Of a stretch of 64,000 bases of DNA, positions 56,907-64,000 are shown in pieces. Both the position numbers and the translations under genes were made by a program. Below the pieces are notes generated by a model that was not told the DNA's origin, ran no database searches, and worked only from the letters and a program-made list of their open reading frames with translations. This DNA comes from a virus, in the IMG/VR virus record IMGVR_UViG_3300020159_002453, positions 1 through 64,000 of that record. One strand, given 5' to 3'. Within the stretch, counting starts at the first letter, position 1; the number at the start of each line of letters is the position of its first letter.

Positions 56907-59471
56907 GTGTATCGTAACATTTATTATAGTTCTAGGGATAGTACTTGCCATCTTTTTAAGTGGGACGAGCATGGCAACCGGGTAATTGAAAGAAGCCCTT
57001 ACTTACCGTACTTTTATATTGAGACTAATGCTGAGACGGCTGATGCACTATCTATCTTTAATACTAAGTTAAAGAAGAAAGTATTTCGTAATAACTACGA
57101 ACGCAATAAGTCTGCTCAAGATGGTGCTATCAAACGGCTCTATCACAATATTCAGGTCGAGCAGCAATTCTTAATTGAGCAATACAAAGACGTTTACGAT
57201 AAGCCTGAATTTTCTAATAATCCGCTTAAAGTATGCTTTCTTGATATCGAAGTGTACTCCCCGGATGAGTTCCCTCAAGCTAAGGATGCTAAGCACCCAA
57301 TTAACTTAATTACCGTTTACGATACGCTTTCGGAAACATTTTACTCGTTTGGTGCTAAGCCCTATACCCCCACTCGTAAGAACGTAGTGTATACTGAGTG
57401 TACAAGTGAGCACGATCTATTAGAAAAGTTCTTAGAGTTTTGGGAGAAAGACTACTACCCTGATATTCTTTCAGGTTGGAATACAGATTTTTTCGATTTT
57501 CCTTACCTCATTAACCGCATTAATAATCTTTTAGGAGAAGATGCTGCAAAACGGCTTTCGCCGGTACAGAGTCTGTGGTGCCGTAAAGGTATTTTTGTTA
57601 AAGGTCAAGAGCTCGATCGTTGGTATATTCACGGTATTTCTGCAATGGATTACATGGAAGTGTATAAGGGCTTTGCACGTGGTTTGCTTGAATCTTACGC
57701 ACTTAACTTTGTCGCACAACATGAGCTTGGAGAAGGTAAGCTAGCTATTAACGCCACTAACTTAGCCGATCTTTCTGAGTCTGACTGGAACAATTTTGTT
57801 GAGTATAATATTCAGGACGTCGATCTACTTGTGAGAATGGAGAAGAAACTCCAGTTCTTTAAGATTATTCGAATGCTTGCTTATAAAGGGTTGACTAGCT
57901 TTGAAGCTGCTCTTGGTAAAGTATCTATTGTTACTGGGTGTGTTGCATTAGAAGCCTATAAGCATGGTATGGTTATACCTACCTTTGTGGAAGGACCTAC
58001 CCGGGAAGCTATTGAGGGTGGATACGTTAGAGACCCTGAAAGAGGTCTTCAAACCTCTATTGTAAGTTATGACGCTAATTCACTATACCCTAATACTATT
58101 ATTACCCTGAATATATCCCCGGAGACAAAGGTCGGTAAGATAGTTGCTAAGGATGATGAGAGTGTTACGTTACGCTTAGCTAATAATAAGGATTTCAAGC
58201 TTACTAACGAGAAGTTTATTCAGTTTGTTCAATCCGAAAAGCTTACGATATCCAAAGCTAACGTACTTTACACACAAAAGAAGAAAGGTGTGGTGCCCTC
58301 GCTTATCGATGGTCTTTATAGTGAGCGGGTTGTTAATAAGAATCAATACGTGGATTTAAAAAAGAAACTCAGTAAGTTAGATATAGCCACTGATGAATAT
58401 CGAATCTGCAAAGCGAACATGGAAAGAGCTGACACTATTCAGCATGTTATCAAGATTTTGCTTAACTCTATATACGGTGTTTTTGCTAATAAGTTTAGTC
58501 CTATTTGCGATAGCGATCATGCTGGTAGTATTACTCTCACGGGTCAAGCTGTTGTTAAGCAGGCTAGTGAAATACTGGATCAATACGCACGAGAAGTCCT
58601 TAGCTACCAGGGTAAGTCCCTCACAATCTACAACGATACTGATAGTACTCATATTACTATACAGCCTCTCCTGGACAAGAAGAATTTAAACATCTTTACA
58701 GACGGTAAAGTTAATAAAGAGGGTCTTAAGTTTATTGATGATGAACTCGGGGTCTATCTCAACGCTAAAATTAAAGAATGGGCTAAGGACAAGTTAAACT
58801 CAATTGACCCGCGGTATTATTTTAAACGGGAATCAATTTGTGATGTTGCAGTTTACCTTGAAAAGAAACGTTACATTATCCACGTTATTAATGATGAAGG
58901 GGCAGATGTAAGCAAGTTTAAATATGTCGGGGTTGAGATTGCCCGTTCTACCACACCTAAGAAAGCTAAAGAGCTTATTAAAAAGGTAATTGAAAGTAGT
59001 TTATTAGTACAAGATCAGATTAAAGCTAATACTATTTATCGAGACGTGTATGATACGTTTAAAAAGCTTTCGATTGATGATATTGCCATTAGAGGTGGGT
59101 TGAGCGATATTGAAAAACATCAAGTACGTGCAGATGGGTTTAAAATTGCTAAAGGCACCCCGAATCATGTCAAAGGCGCTATTTGGTATAATCAATTGCT
59201 TAAGCACCGTAACTTAGAAACAAAATACGAACGCATTACTTCAGGCGGTAAAGTTAAGAAGATTTATATTGCGCCGAACAAGTATAACATCGACACACTT
59301 TGCTTCCCAGTAAGTTTTCCACCAGAATTTAAGGACTTTGAAGTTGATTACGAAGAGATGTTCGATACAATTATTAAACCACCAGTAATTGCAGTTTATA
59401 CCGCTCTCAACTGGCGTTTACCTGAAGTTAACAACCAAGCACAAACCGATCTATTTGACCTATTTACATAA
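56907..59471 (+). CDS. Family B DNA polymerase, T4 gp43-like
   Basis: ExoI DIE, GWN..FFD.PY, YNIQD, DANSLYP, KILLNSIYG, YNDTDS, KKRY. Confidence 0.97.
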   Translation: MYRNIYYSSRDSTCHLFKWDEHGNRVIERSPYLPYFYIETNAETADALSIFNTKLKKKVFRNNYERNKSAQDGAIKRLYHNIQVEQQFLIEQYKDVYDKPEFSNNPLKVCFLDIEVYSPDEFPQAKDAKHPINLITVYDTLSETFYSFGAKPYTPTRKNVVYTECTSEHDLLEKFLEFWEKDYYPDILSGWNTDFFDFPYLINRINNLLGEDAAKRLSPVQSLWCRKGIFVKGQELDRWYIHGISAMDYMEVYKGFARGLLESYALNFVAQHELGEGKLAINATNLADLSESDWNNFVEYNIQDVDLLVRMEKKLQFFKIIRMLAYKGLTSFEAALGKVSIVTGCVALEAYKHGMVIPTFVEGPTREAIEGGYVRDPERGLQTSIVSYDANSLYPNTIITLNISPETKVGKIVAKDDESVTLRLANNKDFKLTNEKFIQFVQSEKLTISKANVLYTQKKKGVVPSLIDGLYSERVVNKNQYVDLKKKLSKLDIATDEYRICKANMERADTIQHVIKILLNSIYGVFANKFSPICDSDHAGSITLTGQAVVKQASEILDQYAREVLSYQGKSLTIYNDTDSTHITIQPLLDKKNLNIFTDGKVNKEGLKFIDDELGVYLNAKIKEWAKDKLNSIDPRYYFKRESICDVAVYLEKKRYIIHVINDEGADVSKFKYVGVEIARSTTPKKAKELIKKVIESSLLVQDQIKANTIYRDVYDTFKKLSIDDIAIRGGLSDIEKHQVRADGFKIAKGTPNHVKGAIWYNQLLKHRNLETKYERITSGGKVKKIYIAPNKYNIDTLCFPVSFPPEFKDFEVDYEEMFDTIIKPPVIAVYTALNWRLPEVNNQAQTDLFDLFT

Positions 59472-60221
59472 ATAGCATTTCCAGCCTCTCCAGTTATTTT
59501 TTTTATATTTACAACTTTTTTTAGCTATTTCTCTCATCGTCCACACCGGCAAGTTATGTTTCTTACAAAATGTTTCAGATTCTCCGATAATATCGTATTT
59601 TTCTCCAGCGGGATCAATAAAAAGCCAATGCTTAGCTCTTGAATTATATTTCCCTTTAACTGAAAGCACCCCCTCTGCAAATAAGCGCTTTCTAGTGAGA
59701 CTTATTTGGCTCCCATTGTTATCGTGCGGAACCATTAATCCTTTTTTTAACTTACTATTTTTTGCGTAATAAAGTACTTTCATACGCTTTGAATGCTGCT
59801 TACGTCGCTCGAAGGTCCAAGCTTTTTTTTGCGCCTCCTGTCTTTTTTGCATAACTTCTAGAGAAGAAGTACGACCACCCTTTTCGATTATATTTGTTAA
59901 TGGACCATTATTTTTAATAACTTGACCTATTTCAGATATTAACTTTGCTTCAAGTGCGATAGATCTATCGTGAGTTAGTCCTTTCTCTACAAACACTATA
60001 TAATCTTTTAAGTTAAATGTTTTTAAGTTATTAAGTACTGTTTGTTTTAACTTATTATTACCCCCGCTACCTTTCCAAATATGTCTATATGCACGACTTC
60101 CGGTACCTTTACCCACATAAAAGGGTTCGTATTTAAACGAAGCTGAATCATAGTTAAAGCTTCCAGGCTTTAAAGGATTAGTATAAACATACACATAAAA
60201 GGTTGATTTAACATAGTTCAT
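59460..60221 (-). CDS. GIY-YIG-like free-standing endonuclease
   Basis: FYVYVY..P...EPFYVGKG.G.R...H, E..LI..IG....GPLTN...GG. Confidence 0.8.
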   Translation of the reverse strand: MNYVKSTFYVYVYTNPLKPGSFNYDSASFKYEPFYVGKGTGSRAYRHIWKGSGGNNKLKQTVLNNLKTFNLKDYIVFVEKGLTHDRSIALEAKLISEIGQVIKNNGPLTNIIEKGGRTSSLEVMQKRQEAQKKAWTFERRKQHSKRMKVLYYAKNSKLKKGLMVPHDNNGSQISLTRKRLFAEGVLSVKGKYNSRAKHWLFIDPAGEKYDIIGESETFCKKHNLPVWTMREIAKKSCKYKKNNWRGWKCYLCK

Positions 60222-60252
60222 ATATATAATTACTAAACTAGTAACTATATTT

Positions 60253-61068
60253 ATGATTAAAATATCTCACGAATCACCTTTAAGCATGCTCGAAATGTCT
60301 CGTACGTATAATGATTATGATTATGCCCTCACACATTTGTTCGAGATTTACCCGCAGTATTATAAGTTTTTTCAAGATAGTCTTGAACAAGGTAGATGCG
60401 TATTATTAGATTGCTCAACATTTGAGCTTGGTACTGCTTTTGATTCGGAACGATACGCATATTGGATTAACAAACTTTTACCCACCGAATACATTATTCC
60501 AGATGTGCTAGAGGATTGTAATGGTACGATTAAATCTGCTATGGACTGGAATTTTAGACTAGATTGGAATAACGTACCTCACACACAGAGTAGAATGATT
60601 GGGGTAGTGCAGGGTAAAAATTACGGGGAGCTGGTTAAATGTTATACCCATATGGATCAAGTAATGAATGTAGATAAGCTCGCTATTTCATTTGACTACT
60701 CTTATTACCGAGAAGTGTTTCCTCATCCTAACAAGTGGGTATCGTTTATGATGGGCCGAGTGATGACTCTTACTCGCTTAATGAACGATGGTGTTATTAA
60801 TAAAGGTAAGCCTCACCATCTTCTTGGTTGCGCACACCCTAGAGAGTTCAGCTTTTATCAAGGACCAGAGTTTAGCTGGATTGACTCTTTGGATACCTCT
60901 TCACCTATAGTGCATGGTATCAAGAAGATCGCATACTCTGATAAGATCGGTATTTGGAATAAAGAGAGTACTAAACTGGTTGATCTACTTGATTCGGTAC
61001 CAGATGCTGCTCAAGAGAAATGTATTGCAGACAACCTTGCTGCTTTCCGTAGCTACGTGAATGGATGA
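60253..61068 (+). CDS. TGT-fold guanine transglycosylase-like protein (DpdA-like, probably DpdA3 type)
   Basis: LLDCS.FE, IPDV, GVVQG, HHLLG, SLDTSS match TGT barrel spacing of the two catalytic Asp; operon with queF. Confidence 0.65.
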   Translation: MIKISHESPLSMLEMSRTYNDYDYALTHLFEIYPQYYKFFQDSLEQGRCVLLDCSTFELGTAFDSERYAYWINKLLPTEYIIPDVLEDCNGTIKSAMDWNFRLDWNNVPHTQSRMIGVVQGKNYGELVKCYTHMDQVMNVDKLAISFDYSYYREVFPHPNKWVSFMMGRVMTLTRLMNDGVINKGKPHHLLGCAHPREFSFYQGPEFSWIDSLDTSSPIVHGIKKIAYSDKIGIWNKESTKLVDLLDSVPDAAQEKCIADNLAAFRSYVNG

Positions 61069-61300
61069 ATTAACTGATATTGAGGCTATTACACATAATG
61101 TGTCAATAGCTTACCCACACTTGCTTCGAGACGGGGTAACTGTAAAGGATTATTACTTTATTGATTGCCAGAAAAATGAAGTACTTCCAGTAACAGAATT
61201 TAAAGCTGTAAAGGATTACATAAAAAGTGCTGAGATCAAAGACTTTGCTATGGTAATTTCTTTTAGTAATAATATAATAGGTTACCGCTTAAATGTATGA
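61061..61300 (+). CDS. Hypothetical protein in deazaguanine operon
   Basis: Overlaps both neighbours in a translationally coupled manner. Confidence 0.6.
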   Translation: MDELTDIEAITHNVSIAYPHLLRDGVTVKDYYFIDCQKNEVLPVTEFKAVKDYIKSAEIKDFAMVISFSNNIIGYRLNV

Positions 61301-61887
61301 AAAGAAGAAGCACATGGGGAGTATTATTTTCGCAATCTGGTTCAGAGATTTTAGAAGTCTCTAAACATCTTAACTGTGTGCCTGATGTTATTGTAACTAA
61401 TAAGCCGGTTGAGGATATACATAAGATTAACCCAGAATTACTTGCAATAGCATTTGAAAAGTTTATCTTTTTACCTAAAAAACCCACTGTGGAAGAGTAT
61501 GTTACTGCTTTAAAGCATACTGGCTTTGTTACACTACACGGATTTTTAAGAGTGTTACCCCCGGAAATTTGTTTCCGGTACAATATTTATAATGGTCATC
61601 CTGGTTTAATAACTAAGTATCCGGAGTTAAAAGGTAAAGACCCTCAAGCTAAGGTGTGGGATTCTAATGTTAATTATAGATACCATGGGCATGTTATACA
61701 TAAAGTAGTTGCTGAAGTGGATGCCGGGGAAGTAACAGCATCAGCATACTTTATGAGTGAAGACATTAAAAAAGAGTTTGGTAGTTTAGATAACTACATT
61801 AAGCACTTACACCGGGTTTCAGTTAGAAATTGGGTAGCCTTTTTGAAGAAAAAAGATATACTCAACGCATCAATTTATGGACAATAA
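61297..61887 (+). CDS. PurN-like formyltransferase (DpdN-like)
   Basis: VLFSQSGS, LHGFLRVL, NGHPGL, G.VIH.V..EVDAG. Confidence 0.82.
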   Translation: MKRRSTWGVLFSQSGSEILEVSKHLNCVPDVIVTNKPVEDIHKINPELLAIAFEKFIFLPKKPTVEEYVTALKHTGFVTLHGFLRVLPPEICFRYNIYNGHPGLITKYPELKGKDPQAKVWDSNVNYRYHGHVIHKVVAEVDAGEVTASAYFMSEDIKKEFGSLDNYIKHLHRVSVRNWVAFLKKKDILNASIYGQ

Positions 61888-62449
61888 CTATAAAGTAGTA
61901 ATTTGTGGAGCACATTCACAAGGAAAAACTACTCTGGTAAATAAGCTAAAAGAAAATGTCGAGCTTACGCACGACTTTAAGTTTTCTTTTAGGACCAATC
62001 TTACTAGAGACTTAAGCAAACTATTGCCTATTAACGAAGCAGGAGATTCTGTTTCGCAGTATTTAATTATGGCTCGCCATCTAGAATTTGCTTTGACTCC
62101 AGGGCGTTGGATTATGGATCGGGGTGCCTTGGATGGAGCTGCTTATAGCCGCTACTTCTATGATGAGAATAAAGTGAGTAAGAACATTATGGATGCAATT
62201 GATGAGGTATATGAACAGTGTGTACCTTATTACAATAAAGTGTTTTACATCGCACCTGAGCTACCTCTAGTAGAAGATGGAGAACGTAGTGTAAATAAAG
62301 AATTCTTTGATGGGGTTGTAAAGCAATTTGATTTTTACACGAGACATTTTAGTGTTAGTAATAAAGTAGTATTTTTAACTGGTTCTGTATCAGAACGTGC
62401 AAATACTGTGATTAACGCAATTAGAACCGATTTCAACAATGAGCTATAA
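61877..62449 (+). CDS. P-loop nucleotide kinase-like protein
   Basis: GAHSQGKTT, MDRGALD, EDGERS; between formyltransferase and queF. Confidence 0.75.
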   Translation: MDNNYKVVICGAHSQGKTTLVNKLKENVELTHDFKFSFRTNLTRDLSKLLPINEAGDSVSQYLIMARHLEFALTPGRWIMDRGALDGAAYSRYFYDENKVSKNIMDAIDEVYEQCVPYYNKVFYIAPELPLVEDGERSVNKEFFDGVVKQFDFYTRHFSVSNKVVFLTGSVSERANTVINAIRTDFNNEL

Positions 62450-63356
62450 TACAAATAATATCGATAAAGTACTCGGACAGAGAGTTGATTCTCCGTCTAC
62501 GTATTCCCCTGACATCCTTGTACGTGAAGAACGTCAACGTAATCGCACGCATCTTGACTTGCAAAATGAATCCCTTCCTTTTGTCGGTTATGATATCTGG
62601 AACGGTTATGAATGTAGTGCAGTAACAGATGCCGGTCTACCAGTGTCTTTTGTTGCTAAAGTAGTTTATGCTGCTACTAACCCATACATTGTAGAGTCTA
62701 AGTCAATGAAGCTTTACTGGAACGGGTTTAACATGCAACCATCCGGTAAGACCCCTAAAGAAGTTCTTAAGAACGTTAAAGCTACTGCCGAAAAAGATCT
62801 TTCTGCATTGCTTGAGACGCCGGTTAAGGTAGAGTTTTACACTCAAAAATTAGAGGGGGATTACTTAAAAGAAAATGAGTGGTTTAATAGTTACGGTGGC
62901 TGGGACGTTCTTGAAGAAATTCCTGAAGCAAAGAAAATGAAATTTACTGTATTTAACGAGACCGCTGATTTGTTAAAGTTAGACGGAAAAGTTGATATAG
63001 GTTGGGTTGAGGAGCGCTATATGAGTACCCTTCTTCGTTCTAACTGCAAAATTACTAAGCAGCCAGACTCTGGGGATATTTTTATCTATTATAAAGGTTC
63101 TAAAGCAGTAACAGAGCGCTCTCTATTAGAGTGGATTGTCTCGTTCCGTAATGAATGTCACTTCCACGAGGAGATAGTTGAGTGTGCGTTCAAACGATTA
63201 TATGATTTAATAACCCCTGATGAGTTACTAGTAACAGCTTTTTATGCACGTCGTGGTGGTTGGGATATCGTACCCACACGTGCTACCCACAAGCATCTTT
63301 TAGATAAAAATCTTATTAACGCTAAAAAACCATACTTTAAGTTCCCTAGACAGTAA
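62439..63356 (+). CDS. queF: NADPH-dependent preQ0 reductase, bimodular type
   Basis: G.DIWNGYE.S, VESKSMKLYWNGF, LLRSNCKITKQPD, FHEE.VE, YARRGG.DI.P.R. Confidence 0.93.
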   Translation: MSYNTNNIDKVLGQRVDSPSTYSPDILVREERQRNRTHLDLQNESLPFVGYDIWNGYECSAVTDAGLPVSFVAKVVYAATNPYIVESKSMKLYWNGFNMQPSGKTPKEVLKNVKATAEKDLSALLETPVKVEFYTQKLEGDYLKENEWFNSYGGWDVLEEIPEAKKMKFTVFNETADLLKLDGKVDIGWVEERYMSTLLRSNCKITKQPDSGDIFIYYKGSKAVTERSLLEWIVSFRNECHFHEEIVECAFKRLYDLITPDELLVTAFYARRGGWDIVPTRATHKHLLDKNLINAKKPYFKFPRQ

Positions 63357-63357
63357 T

Positions 63358-64000
63358 TCAATTTAGATATTCTACAAACCACCCGAAACTACAACCCCGG
63401 GTGGTTTTTTTTTGGTTTTTTAAAATATAACGCATAATACTATATTCAAGTTTATGTTCGTTTACAAATTTTTTAAAAGCACCTTCACAAATATATGTTT
63501 TACCTTTTGGGTCAGTAAATAGATATTTTTTAGCTCCAGGGTTATTGATACCTTGTCTGTTTTTAGAAAGCATATTTTTATATTCAACAGATCGCTTTAT
63601 ACCTGTCATAGTTTTTGATATCTTTTGACGTGTTTCTAAAGAACGAACTTTACCGGCATTGCCTTTAGCAATTGCTTTACGGTATTCTTCCCCAAACCCG
63701 TTATTTTCTAACCCACCACTATTTTTATTAGTTAATGGTCCGTCCCTATTATCCGTTCTACCTATTTTTTTGATAAGTTCGTTTTCCTGTATAAGTGCAT
63801 CTCTTTCAGATAACTCACAATATACTTTTCTACTAACTATACTGTACTCACTATTTTTAATTTTATTTATTTTTGCGATTTTATGTTTATTGTACTTCAT
63901 ATTGCACTCACATGTATGAGCTTTGTGTCTATTACCACAACCTTTACCAACATAAAACGGTTCGTATTCGAATTCAACATCTTTATATTGGTATTTTCCA
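63358..64000 (-). CDS. GIY-YIG-like free-standing endonuclease with NUMOD3; 5' end beyond window
   Basis: Frame continues upstream of 63900 as GKYQYKDVEFEYEPFYVGKGCGNRHKAH; E..LI.KIGR....GPLTN..SGG; RSLETRQKIS. Confidence 0.82.
   Translation of the reverse strand, partial: GKYQYKDVEFEYEPFYVGKGCGNRHKAHTCECNMKYNKHKIAKINKIKNSEYSIVSRKVYCELSERDALIQENELIKKIGRTDNRDGPLTNKNSGGLENNGFGEEYRKAIAKGNAGKVRSLETRQKISKTMTGIKRSVEYKNMLSKNRQGINNPGAKKYLFTDPKGKTYICEGAFKKFVNEHKLEYSIMRYILKNQKKTTRGCSFGWFVEYLN

Noticed and set aside
10575-59207. Numerous short ORF-track entries nested in or antisense to conserved genes (e.g. 10575, 15388, 17125, 20400, 26660, 30856, 49567, 58377)
   Set aside because: Fully overlap well-supported genes and show no recognisable motifs.
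61297-61887. PurN as an auxiliary purine-biosynthesis gene
   Set aside because: Divergent substrate loop and position between the TGT-like gene and queF favour base formylation; no other pur genes in the window.
1-64000. Stop-codon reassignment
   Set aside because: Conserved genes translate full length in the standard code, and TAA, TAG and TGA all end genes.
1-64000. tRNA or rRNA genes
   Set aside because: Intergenic gaps are short and no cloverleaf was recognised by eye; tRNAscan was not run.

Overview
This 64-kb window is an AT-rich, gene-dense segment of a large T4-like (myovirus) bacteriophage genome. It holds head genes (gp20 portal, gp21 protease, gp67-like, gp22, gp23, gp4, gp13, gp15, probable gp16), baseplate and fibre genes (gp6, gp25, a 1416-aa adhesin-like protein, a Gly-X-Ser collagen-like fibre missed by the ORF track), and replication/recombination genes (gp43, gp44/62, gp61, gp46/47, UvsW/UvsY, DinG-like helicase, gp55). 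Nucleotide metabolism genes are nrdAB, dut, thyX and phoH, and there are five free-standing endonucleases. Three things stand out. (1) A dispersed, near-complete 7-deazaguanine pathway (QueD, QueE, QueC, QueF, TGT/DpdA-like, PurN/DpdN-like formyltransferase) with extra unexplained partners: a stand-alone Ntn amidotransferase, DUF366-like ligase-fold protein, a glycosyltransferase and two nucleotide kinases. (2) About ten glycosyltransferases, including a GT7+GT11+GT10 set splitting gp47 from gp46, alongside Ser/Thr-rich virion proteins that could be glycosylation targets. (3) An ORF-free segment at ~45.85-46.04 kb with a sigma70-type promoter, a GCGAAGC mini-hairpin with tandem G.A pairs and an AT-only tract, which looks like a replication origin. 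A late promoter motif TAA(A/G)TA precedes many genes. All calls come from motif recognition by eye; no database searches were run.
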